Source of the DNA: Eledone cirrhosa
Taxonomy: Eukaryota
Direction: 5' to 3'
DNA length: 64,000 nucleotides
Assembly (NCBI GenBank): GCA_964016885.1
Contig: OZ024740.1
Location: 144,894,001-144,958,000, forward strand
Part shown: one piece after another, positions 1 to 12,000 of the stretch
Layout of the letters: every line of letters begins with the position of its first letter
Position numbering within the stretch: position 1 is the stretch's first letter
Position numbers and translations under genes: made by a program
Notes under the pieces: model-generated
Databases searched by the model: none
What the model was told of the DNA's origin: nothing
Seen by the model: the letters and a program-made list of their open reading frames with translations, nothing else

Positions 1-3000
1 TATGGTGGTGATGGCCGTAGTAGTGGCTGTGGTTGTTCTATAGTGGTATGGTGGTGGTTGTCGTAGTAGTGGCTGTGGTTGTTCTATAGTGGTATGGTGG
101 TGGTGGTGGTCGTAGTAGTGGCTGTGGTTGTTCTATAGTGGTATGGTGGTGGTGGTTGCCGTAGTAGTGGCTGTGGTTGTTCTATAGTGGTATGGTGGTG
201 GTGGTCGTAGTAGTGGCTGTGATTGTTCTATAGTGGTATGGTGGTGGTCGTAGTAGTGGCTGTGGTTGTTCTATAGTGGTATGGTGGTGGTGGTGACCGT
301 AGTAGTGGTTGTGGTTGTTCTATAGTGGTATGGTGGTGGTGGCCGTAGTAGTGGCTGTGGTTGTTCTATAGTGGTATGTTGGTGGTGGTCGTAGTAGTGG
401 CTGTGGTTGTTCTATAGTGGTATGGTGGTGGTCGTAGTAGTGGCTGTGGTTGTTCTATAGTGGTATGGTGGTGGTGGTGACCGTAGTAGTGGTTGTGGTT
501 GTTCTATAGTGGTATGGTGGTGGTGGCCGTAGTAGTGGCTGTGGTTGTTCTATAGTGGTATGGTGGTGGTGGTCGTAGTAGTGGCTGTAGTTGTTCTATA
601 GTGGTATGGTGGTGGTGGTCGTAGTAGTGGCTGTGGTTGTTCTATAGTGGTATGGTTGTGGTGGCCGTAGTAGTGGCTGTGGTTGTTCTATAGTGGTATG
701 GTGGTGGTGGCCGTAGTAGTGGCTGTGGTTGTTCTATAGTGGTATGGTGGTGGTGGGTGGTCGTAGTAGTGGCTGTGGTTGTTCTATAGTGGTATGGTGG
801 TGGTGGTGGTCGTAGTAGTGGCTGTGTTTGTTCTATAGTGGTATGGTGGTGGTGGTGGTCGTAGTAGTGGCTGTGGTTGTTTTATAGTGGTATGGTGGTG
901 GTGGTGGCCGTAGTAGTGGCTGTGGTTGTTCTATAGTGGTATGGTGGTGGTGGTGGTCGTATTAGTGGCTGTGGTTGTTCTATAGTGGTATGGTGGTGGT
1001 GGTGGCCGTAGTAGTGGCTGTGGTTGTTCTATAGTGGTATGGTGGTGGTGGTGGTCGTAGTAGTGGCTGTGGTAGTTCTATAGTGGTTTGGTGGTGGTGG
1101 TGGTGGCCGTAGTAGTGGCTGTGGTTGTTCTATAGTGGTATGGTGGTGGTCGTAGTAGTGGCTGTGGTTGTTCTATAGTGGTATGGTGGTGGTGGTGACC
1201 GTAGTAGTGGCTGTGGTTGTTCTATAGTGGTATGGTGGTGGTGGTGGCCGTAGTAGTGGCTGTGGTTGTTCTATAGTGGTATGGTGGTGGTGGTGGTCGT
1301 ATTAGTAGCTGTGGTTGTTCTATAGTGGTATGGTGGTGGTGGTGGCCGTAGTAGTGGCTGTGGTTGTTCTATAGTGGTATGGTGCTGGTGGTGGTCGTAG
1401 TAGTGGCTGTGGTAGTTCTATAGTGGTATGGTGGTGGTGGTGGCCGTAGTAGTGGCTGTGGTTGTTCTATAGTGGTATGGTGGTGGTGGTGGCCGTAGTA
1501 GTGGCTGTGGTTGTTCTATTGTGGTATGGTGGTGGTGGTGGCCGTAGTAGTGGCTGTCGTTGTTCTATAGTGGTATGGTGGTGGTGGTGGCCGTAGTAGT
1601 GGCTGTCGTTGTTCTATAGTGGTATGGTGGTGGTGGTGGTCGTAGTAGTGGCTGTGGTTGTTCTATAGTGGTATGGTGGTGGTGGTGGTCGTAGTAGTGG
1701 CTGTGGTTGTTCTATAGTGGTATGGTGGTGGTGGTCGTAGTAGTGGCTGTGGTTATTCTATAGTGGTATGGTGGTGGTGGTGGCCGTAGTAGTGGCTGTG
1801 GTTGTTCTATAGTGGTATGGTGGTGGTGGTGGTCGTAGTAGTGGCTGTGGTTGTTCTATAGTGGTATGGTGGTGGTGGTCGCCGTAGTAGTGGCTGTGGT
1901 TGTTCTATAATGGTATGGTGGTGGTGGTGGTCGTAGTAGTGGCTGTGGTTGTTCTATAGTGGTATGGTGGTGGTGGTGACCGTAGTAGTGGCTGTGGTTG
2001 TTCTATAGTGGTATGGTGGTGGTGGTGGCCGTAGTAGTGGCTGTGGTTGTTCTATAGTGGTATGGTGGTGGTGGTGGTCGTAGTAGTGGCTGTGGTTGTT
2101 CTATAGTGGTATGGTGGTGGTGGTGGCCGTAGTAGTGGCTGTGGTTGTTCTATAGTGGTATGGTGGTGGTGGTGGTCGTAGTAGTGGCTGTGGTTGTTCT
2201 ATAGTGGTATGGTGGTGGTGGTGGCCGTAGTAGTGGCTGTGGTTGTTCTATAGTGGTATGGTGGTGGTGGTGGCCGTAGTAGTGGCTGTGGTTGTTCTAT
2301 AGTGGTATAGTGGTGGTGGTGGTCGTAGTAGTGGCTGTGGTTGTTCTATAGTGGTATGGTGGTGGTGGTGGTCGTAGTAGTGGCTGTGGTTGTTCTATAG
2401 TGGTATGGTGGTGGTGGTGGCCGTAGTAGTGGCTGTGGTTGTTCTATAGTGGTATGGTGGTGGTGGTGGTCGTAGTAGTGGCTGTCGTTGTTCTATAGTG
2501 GTATGGTGGTGCTGGTGGCCGTAGTAGTGGCTGTCGTTGTTCTATAGTGGTATGGTGGTGGTGGTGGTCGTAGTAGTGGCTGTGGTTGTTCTATAGTGGT
2601 ATGGTGGTGGTGGTGGTCGTAGTAGTGGCTGTGGTTGTTCTATAGTGGTATGGTGGTGGTGGTCGTAGTAGTGGCTGTGGTTATTCTATAGTGGTATGGT
2701 GGTGGTGGTGGCCGTAGTAGTGGCTGTGGTTGTTCTATAGTGGTATGGTGGTGGTGGTGGTCGTAGTAGTGGCTGTGGTTGTTCTATAGTGGTATGGTGG
2801 TGGTGGTGGCCGTAGTAGTGGCTGTGATTGTTCTATAGTGGTATGGTGGTGGTGGTGGTCGTAGTAGTGGCTGTGGTTGTTCTATAGTGGTATGGTGGTG
2901 GTGGTGGCCGTAGTAGTGGCTGTGGTTGTTCTATAGTGGTATGGTGGTGGTGGTGGCCGTAGTAGTGGCTGTCGTTGTTCTATAGTGGTATGGTGGTGGT

Positions 3001-6000
3001 GGTGGTCGTAGTAGTGGCTGTGGTTGTTCTATAGTGGTATGGTGGTGGTGGTGGGCGTAGTAGTGGCTGTGGTTGTTCTATAGTGGTATGGTGGTGGTGG
3101 TGGTCGTAGTAGTGGCTGTGGTTGTTCTATAGTGGTATGGTGCTGGTGGTGGTCGTAGTAGTGGCTGTGGTTGTTCTATAGTGGTATGGTGGTGGTGGTG
3201 GCCGTAGTAGTGGCTGTGGTTGTTCTATAGTGGTATGGTGGTGGTGGTGGTCGTAGTAGTGGCTGTGGTTGTTCTATAGTGGTATGGTGGTGGTGGTGGT
3301 CGTAGTAGTGGCTGTGGTTGTTCTATAGTGGTATGGTGGTGGTGGTGGTCGTAGTAGTGGCTGTGGTTGTTCTATAGTGGTATGGTGGTGGTGGTGGTCG
3401 TAGTTGTGGCTGTGGTTGTTCTATAGTGGTATGGTGGTGGTGGTCGTAGTAGTGGCTGTGGTTGTTCTATAGTGGTGTGGTGGTGGTGGTGGCCATAGTA
3501 GTGGCTGTGGTTTTTCTATAGTGGTATGGTGGTGGTGGTGGTGGCCGTAGTAGTGGCTGTGGTTGTTCTATAGTGGTATGGTGGTGGTGGTGGTCGTAGT
3601 AGTGGCTGTGGTTGTTCTATAGTGGTATGGTGGTGGTGGTTGCCGTAGTAGTGGCTGCGGTTGTTCTATAGTGGTATGGTGGTGGTGGTTGCCGTAGTAG
3701 TGGCTGTTGTTGTTCTATAGTGGTATGGTGGTGGTGGCCGTAGTAGTGGCTGTGGTTGTTCTATAGTGGTATGGTGGTGGTTGTCGTAGTAGTGGCTGTG
3801 GTTGTTCTATAGTGGTATGGTGGTGGTGGTGGTCGTAGTAGTGGCTGTGGTTGTTCTATAGTGGTATGGTGGTGGTGGTGACCGTAGTAGTGGCTGTGCT
3901 TGTTCTATAGTGGTATGGTGGTGGTGGTGGCCGTAGTAGTGGTTGTGGTTGTTCTATAGTGGTATGGTGTTGGTGGTGGTCGTAGTAGTGGCTGTTGTTG
4001 TTCTATAGTGGTATGGTGGTGGTGGTGACCTTAGTAGTGGTTGTGGTTGTTCTATAGTGGTATGGTGTTGGTGGTGGTCGTAGTAGTGGCTGTGGTTGTT
4101 CTATAGTGGTGTGGTGGTGGCCGTAGTAGTGGCTGTGGTTGTTCTATAGTGGTATGGTGGTGATGGTGGCCGTAGTAGTGACTGTGGTTGTTCTATAGTG
4201 GTATGGTGGTGGTGGTGACCTTAGTAGTGGTTGTGGTTGTTCTATAGTGGTATGGTGTTGGTGGTGGGCGTAGTAGTGGCTGTGGTTGTTCTATAGTGGT
4301 ATGGTGGTGGTGGTGGCCGTAGTAGTGGCTGTGGTTGTTCTATAGTGGTATGGTGGTGGTGGCCGTAGTAGTGGCTGTGGTTGTTCTATAGTGGTATGGT
4401 GGTGGTGGCCGTAGTAGTGGCTGTGGTTGTTCTATAGTGGTATGGTGGTGGTGGCCGTAGTAGTGGCTGTGGTTGTTCTATAGTGGTATGGTGGTGGTGG
4501 TGGGCGTAGTAGTGGCTGTGGTTGTTCTATAGTGGTATGGTGGTGGTGGTGGTCGTAGTAGTGGCTGTGGTTGTTCTATAGTGGTATGGTGGTGGTGGTG
4601 GTCGTAGTAGTGGCTGTCGTTGTTCTATAGTGGTATGGTGTTGGTGGTGGGCGTAGTAGTGGCTGAGGTTGTTCTATAGTGGTATGGTGGTGGTGGTCGT
4701 AGTAGTGGTTGTGGTTGTTCTATAGTGGTATGGTGGTGGTGGACGTAGTAGTGGTTGTGGTTGTTCTATAGTGGTATGGTGGTGGTGGTCGTAGTAGTGG
4801 TTGTGGTTGTTCTATAGTGGTATGGTGGTGGTGGTCGTAGTAGTGGCTGTGGTTGTTCTATAGTGGTATGGTGGTGGTGGTCGTAGTAGTGGCTGTGGTT
4901 GTTCTATAGTGGTATGGTGGTGGTGGTAGTCGTAGTAGTGGCTGTGGTTGTTCTATAGTGGTATGGTGGTGGTGGTGGCCGTAGTAGTGGCTGTGGTTGT
5001 TCTATAGTGGTATGGTGGTGGTGGTGGTCGTAGTAGTGGCTGTGGTTGTTCTATAGTGGTATGGTGGTGGTGGTGGCCGTAGTAGTGGCTGTGGTTGTTC
5101 TATAGTGGTATGGTGGTGGTGGTGGTCGTAGTAGTGGCTGTGGTTGTTCTATAGTGGTATGGTGGTGGTGGTCGTAGTAGTGGCTGTGGTTGTTCTATAG
5201 TGGTATGGTGGTGGTGGCCGTAGTAGTGGCTGTGGTTGTTCTATAGTGGTATGTTGGTGGTGGTGGTCATAGTAGTGGCTGTGGTTGTTCTATAGTGGTA
5301 TGGTGGTGGTTGTGGTCGTAGTAGTGGCTGTGGTTGTTCTATAGTGGTATGGTGGTGGTGGTGGTCGTAGTAGTGGCTGTGGTTGTTCTATAGTGGTATT
5401 GTGCTGGTGGTGGTCGTAGTAGTGGCTGTGGTTGTTCTATAGTGGTATGGTGGTGGTGGTGGTCGTAGTAGTGGCTGTGGTTGTTCTATAGTGGTATGGT
5501 GGTGGTGGTGGTCGTAGTAGTGGCTGTGGTTGTTCTATAGTGGTATGGTGCTGGTGGTGGTCGTAGTAGTGGCTGTGGTTGTTCTATAGTGGTATGGTGC
5601 TGGTGGTGGTCGTAGTAGTGGCTGTGGTTGTTCTATAGTGGTATGGTGCTGGTGGTGGTCGTAGTAGTGGCTGTGGTTGTTCTATAGTGGTATGGTGGTG
5701 GTGGTGGGCGTAGTAGTGGCTGTGGTTGTTCTATAGTGGTATGGTGGTGGTGGTGGTCGTAGTAGTGGCTGTGGTTGTTCTATAGTGGTATGGTGCTGGT
5801 GGTGGTCGTAGTAGTGGCTGTGGTTGTTCTATAGTGGTATGGTGGTGGTGGTGGCCGTAGTAGTGGCTGTGGTTGTTCTATAGTGGTATGGTGGTGGTGG
5901 TGGTCGTAGTAGTGGCTGTGGTTGTTCTATAGTGGTATGGTGGTGGTGGTGGTCGTAGTAGTGGCTGTGGTTGTTCTATAGTGGTATGGTGGTGGTGGTG

Positions 6001-9000
6001 GTCGTAGTAGTGGCTGTGGTTGTTCTATAGTGGTATGGTGGTGGTGGTGGTCGTAGTTGTGGCTGTGGTTGTTCTATAGTGGTATGGTGGTGGTGGTCGT
6101 AGTAGTGGCTGTGGTTGTTCTATAGTGGTGTGGTGGTGGTGGTGGCCATAGTAGTGGCTGTGGTTTTTCTATAGTGGTATGGTGGTGGTGGTGGTGGCCG
6201 TAGTAGTGGCTGTGGTTGTTCTATAGTGGTATGGTGGTGGTGGTGGTCGTAGTAGTGGCTGTGGTTGTTCTATAGTGGTATGGTGGTGGTGGTTGCCGTA
6301 GTAGTGGCTGCGGTTGTTCTATAGTGGTATGGTGGTGGTGGTTGCCGTAGTAGTGGCTGTTGTTGTTCTATAGTGGTATGGTGGTGGTGGCCGTAGTAGT
6401 GGCTGTGGTTGTTCTATAGTGGTATGGTGGTGGTTGTCGTAGTAGTGGCTGTGGTTGTTCTATAGTGGTATGGTGGTGGTGGTGGTCGTAGTAGTGGCTG
6501 TGGTTGTTCTATAGTGGTATGGTGGTGGTGGTGACCGTAGTAGTGGCTGTGCTTGTTCTATAGTGGTATGGTGGTGGTGGTGGCCGTAGTAGTGGTTGTG
6601 GTTGTTCTATAGTGGTATGGTGTTGGTGGTGGTCGTAGTAGTGGCTGTTGTTGTTCTATAGTGGTATGGTGGTGGTGGTGACCTTAGTAGTGGTTGTGGT
6701 TGTTCTATAGTGGTATGGTGTTGGTGGTGGTCGTAGTAGTGGCTGTGGTTGTTCTATAGTGGTGTGGTGGTGGCCGTAGTAGTGGCTGTGGTTGTTCTAT
6801 AGTGGTATGGTGGTGATGGTGGCCGTAGTAGTGACTGTGGTTGTTCTATAGTGGTATGGTGGTGGTGGTGACCTTAGTAGTGGTTGTGGTTGTTCTATAG
6901 TGGTATGGTGTTGGTGGTGGGCGTAGTAGTGGCTGTGGTTGTTCTATAGTGGTATGGTGGTGGTGGTGGCCGTAGTAGTGGCTGTGGTTGTTCTATAGTG
7001 GTATGGTGGTGGTGGCCGTAGTAGTGGCTGTGGTTGTTCTATAGTGGTATGGTGGTGGTGGCCGTAGTAGTGGCTGTGGTTGTTCTATAGTGGTATGGTG
7101 GTGGTGGCCGTAGTAGTGGCTGTGGTTGTTCTATAGTGGTATGGTGGTGGTGGTGGGCGTAGTAGTGGCTGTGGTTGTTCTATAGTGGTATGGTGGTGGT
7201 GGTGGTCGTAGTAGTGGCTGTGGTTGTTCTATAGTGGTATGGTGGTGGTGGTGGTCGTAGTAGTGGCTGTCGTTGTTCTATAGTGGTATGGTGTTGGTGG
7301 TGGGCGTAGTAGTGGCTGAGGTTGTTCTATAGTGGTATGGTGGTGGTGGTCGTAGTAGTGGTTGTGGTTGTTCTATAGTGGTATGGTGGTGGTGGACGTA
7401 GTAGTGGTTGTGGTTGTTCTATAGTGGTATGGTGGTGGTGGTCGTAGTAGTGGTTGTGGTTGTTCTATAGTGGTATGGTGGTGGTGGTCGTAGTAGTGGC
7501 TGTGGTTGTTCTATAGTGGTATGGTGGTGGTGGTCGTAGTAGTGGCTGTGGTTGTTCTATAGTGGTATGGTGGTGGTGGTAGTCGTAGTAGTGGCTGTGG
7601 TTGTTCTATAGTGGTATGGTGGTGGTGGTGGCCGTAGTAGTGGCTGTGGTTGTTCTATAGTGGTATGGTGGTGGTGGTGGTCGTAGTAGTGGCTGTGGTT
7701 GTTCTATAGTGGTATGGTGGTGGTGGTGGCCGTAGTAGTGGCTGTGGTTCTTCTATAGTGGTATGGTGGTGGTGGTGGTCGTAGTAGTGGCTGTGGTTGT
7801 TCTATAGTGGTATGGTGGTGGTGGTGGCCGTAGTAGTGACTGTGGTTGTTCTATAGTGGTATGGTGGTGGTGGTCGTAGTAGTGGCTGTGGTTGTTCTAT
7901 AGTGGTATGGTGGTGGTGGTAGTCGTAGTAGAGGCTGTGGTTGTTCTATAGTGGTATGGTGGTGGTGGTGGTCGTAGTAGTGGCTGTGGTTGTTCTATAG
8001 TGGTATGGTGGTGGTGGTGGCCGTAGTAGTGGCTGTGGTTGTTCTATAGTGGTATGGTGGTGGTGGTGGTCGTAGTAGTGGCTGTGGTTGTTCTATAGTG
8101 GTATGGTGGTGGTGGTGGCCGTAGTAGTGGCTGTGGTTGTTCTATAGTGGTATGGTGGTGGTGGTGGTCGTAGTAGTGGCTGTGGTTGTTCTATAGTGGT
8201 ATGATGGTGGTGGCCGTAGTAGTGGCTGTGGTTGTTCTATAGTGGTATGGTGGTGGTGGTGGCCGTAGTAGTGGCTGTGGTTGTTCTATAGTGGTATGGT
8301 GTTGGTGGTGGGCGTAGTAGTGGCTGTGGTTGTTCTATAGTGGTATGGTGGTGGTGGTGGCCGTAGTAGTGGCTGTGGTTGTTCTATAGTGGTATGGTGG
8401 TGGTGGTGGTCGTAGTAGTGGCTGTCGTTGTTCTATAGTGGTATGGTGTTGGTGGTGGGCGTAGTAGTGGCTGTGGTTGTTCTATAGTGGTATGGTGGTG
8501 GTGGTGGCCGTAGTAGTGGCTGTGGTTGTTCTATAGTGGTATGGTGGTGGTGGTGGTCGTAGTAGTTGCTGTATTTGTTCTATAGTGGTATGGTGGTGGT
8601 GGTGGCCGTAGTAGTGGATGTGGTTGTTCTATAGTGGTATGGTGGTGGTGGTCGTCGTAGTAGTGTCTGTGGTTGTTCTATAGTGGTATGGTGGTGGTGG
8701 TGGTCGTAGTAGTTGCTGTGGTTGTTCTATAGTGGTATGGTGGTGGTGGTGGCCGTAGTAGTGGCTGTGGTTGTTCTATAGTGGTATGGTGGTGGTGGTC
8801 GCCGTAGTAGTGTCTGCGGTTGTTCTATAGTGGTATGGTGGTGGTGGTGGCCGTAGTAGTGGCTGTGGTTGTTCTTTAGTGGTATGGTGGTGGTGGTGGT
8901 CATAGTAGTGGCTGTGGTTGTTCTATAGTGGTATGGTGGTGGTGGTGGCCGTAGTAGTGGCTGTGGTTGTTCTATAGTGGTATGGTGGTGGTGGTGGTCG

Positions 9001-12000
9001 TAGTAGTGGCTGTGGTTGTTCTATAGTGGTATGGTGGTGGTGGTGGTGGCCGTAGTAGTGGCTCTCGTTGTTTTATAGTGGTATGGTGGTGGTTGTGGTC
9101 GTAGTAGTGGCTGTGGTTGTTCTATAGTGGTATGGTGGTGGTGGTGGCCGTAGTAGTGGCTGTGGTTGTTCTATAGTGGTATGGTGGTGGTGGTGGTCGT
9201 AGTAGTAACTGTGGTTGTTCTATAGTGGTGTGGTGGTGGTGGTGGTCGTAGTAGTGGCTGTGGTTGTTCTATAGTGGTATGGTGTTGGTGGTGGTCGTAG
9301 TAGTGGCTGTGGTTGTTCTATAGTGGTATGGTGGTGGTGGTGGTCGTAGTAGTGACTGTGGTTGTTCTATAGTGGTATGGTGGTGGTCGTAGTAGTGGCT
9401 GTGGTTGTTCTATAGTGGTATGGTGGTGGTGGTGGCCGTAGTAGTGGCTGTGGTTGTTCTATAGTGGTATGGTGGTGGTGGTGGTCGTAGTAGTGGCTGT
9501 GGTTTTTCTATAGTGGTATGGTGGTGGTGGTGGTCGTAGCAGTGGCTGTGGTTGTTCTATTGTGGTATGGTGGTGGTGGTGGTCGTAGTAGTGGCTGTGG
9601 TTGTTCTATAGTGGTATGGTGGTGGTGGTGGCAGTAGTAGTGGCTGTCGTTGTTCTATAGTGGTATGGTGGTGGTGGTGGTCGTAGTAGTGGCTGTGGTT
9701 GTCTATAGTGGTATGGTGGTGGTGGTGGTCGTAGTAGTGGCTGTGGTTGTTCTATAGTGGTATGGTGCTGGTGGTGGTCGTAGTAGTGGCTGTGGTTGTT
9801 CTATAGTGGTATGGTGGTGGTGGTGGCCGTAGTAGTGGCTGTGGTTGTTCTATAGTGGTATGGTGGTGGTGGTGGTCGTAGTAGTGGCTGTGGTTGTTCT
9901 ATAGTGTTATGGTGGTGGTGGTCGTAGTAGTGGCTGTGGTTGTTCTATAGTGGTATGGTGGTGGTGGCCGTAGTAGTGGCTGTGGTTGTTCTATAGTGGT
10001 ATGTTGGTGGTGGTGGTCATAGTAGTGGCTGTGGTTGTTCTATAGTGGTATGGTGGTGGTTGTGGTCGTAGTAGTGGCTGTGGTTGTTCTATAGTGGTAT
10101 GGTGGTCGTAGTAGTGGCTGTGGTTGTTCTATAGTGGTATTGTGCTGGTGGTGGTCGTAGTAGTGGCTGTGGTTGTTCTATAGTGGTATGGTGGTGGTGG
10201 TGGTCGTAGTAGTGGCTGTGGTTGTTCTATAGTGGTATGGTGGTGGTGGTGGTCGTAGTAGTGGCTGTGGTTGTTCTATAGTGGTATGGTGCTGGTGGTG
10301 GTCGTAGTAGTGGCTGTGGTTGTTCTATAGTGGTATGGTGCTGGTGGTGGTCGTAGTAGTGGCTGTGGTTGTTCTATAGTGGTATGGTGCTGGTGGTGGT
10401 CGTAGTAGTGGCTGTGGTTGTTCTATAGTGGTATGGTGGTGGTGGTGGGCGTAGTAGTGGCTGTGGTTGTTCTATAGTGGTATGGTGGTGGTCGTGGTCG
10501 TAGTAGTGGCTGTGGTTGTTCTATAGTGGTATGGTGCTGGTGGTGGTCGTAGTAGTGGCTGTGGTTGTTCTATAGTGGTATGGTGGTGGTGGTGGCCGTA
10601 GTAGTGGCTGTGGTTGTTCTATAGTGGTATGGTGGTGGTGGTGGTCGTAGTAGTGGCTGTGGTTGTTCTATAGTGGTATGGTGGTGGTGGTGGTCGTAGT
10701 AGTGGCTGTGGTTGTTCTATAGTGGTATGGTGGTGGTGGTGGTCGTAGTAGTGGCTGTGGTTGTTCTATAGTGGTATGGTGGTGGTGGTGGTCGTAGTAG
10801 TGGCTGTGGTTGTTCTATAGTGGTATGGTGGTGGTGGTCGTAGTAGTGGCTGTGGTTGTTCTATAGTGGTGTGGTGGTGGTGGTGGCCATAGTAGTGGCT
10901 GTGGTTTTTCTATAGTGGTATGGTGGTGGTGGTGGTGGCCGTAGTAGTGGCTGTGGTTGTTCTATAGTGGTATGGTGGTGGTGGTGGTCGTAGTAGTGGC
11001 TGTGGTTGTTCTATAGTGGTATGGTGGTGGTGGTTGCCGTAGTAGTGGCTGTGGTTGTTCTATAGTGGTATGGTGGTGGTGGTTGCCGTAGTAGTGGCTG
11101 TGGTTGTTCTATAGTGGTATGGTGGTGATGGCCGTAGTAGTGGCTGTGGTTGTTCTATAGTGGTATGGTGGTGGTTGTCGTAGTAGTGGCTGTGGTTGTT
11201 CTATAGTGGTATGGTGGTGGTGGTGGTCGTAGTAGTGGCTGTGGTTGTTCTATAGTGGTATGGTGGTGGTGGTTGCCGTAGTAGTGGCTGTGGTTGTTCT
11301 ATAGTGGTATGGTGGTGGTGGTCGTAGTAGTGGCTGTGATTGTTCTATAGTGGTATGGTGGTGGTCGTAGTAGTGGCTGTGGTTGTTCTATAGTGGTATG
11401 GTGGTGGTGGTGACCGTAGTAGTGGTTGTGGTTGTTCTATAGTGGTATGGTGGTGGTGGCCGTAGTAGTGGCTGTGGTTGTTCTATAGTGGTATGTTGGT
11501 GGTGGTCGTAGTAGTGGCTGTGGTTGTTCTATAGTGGTATGGTGGTGGTCGTAGTAGTGGCTGTGGTTGTTCTATAGTGGTATGGTGGTGGTGGTGACCG
11601 TAGTAGTGGTTGTGGTTGTTCTATAGTGGTATGGTGGTGGTGGCCGTAGTAGTGGCTGTGGTTGTTCTATAGTGGTATGGTGGTGGTGGTCGTAGTAGTG
11701 GCTGTAGTTGTTCTATAGTGGTATGGTGGTGGTGGTCGTAGTAGTGGCTGTGGTTGTTCTATAGTGGTATGGTTGTGGTGGCCGTAGTAGTGGCTGTGGT
11801 TGTTCTATAGTGGTATGGTGGTGGTGGCCGTAGTAGTGGCTGTGGTTGTTCTATAGTGGTATGGTGGTGGTGGGTGGTCGTAGTAGTGGCTGTGGTTGTT
11901 CTATAGTGGTATGGTGGTGGTGGTGGTCGTAGTAGTGGCTGTGTTTGTTCTATAGTGGTATGGTGGTGGTGGTGGTCGTAGTAGTGGCTGTGGTTGTTTT

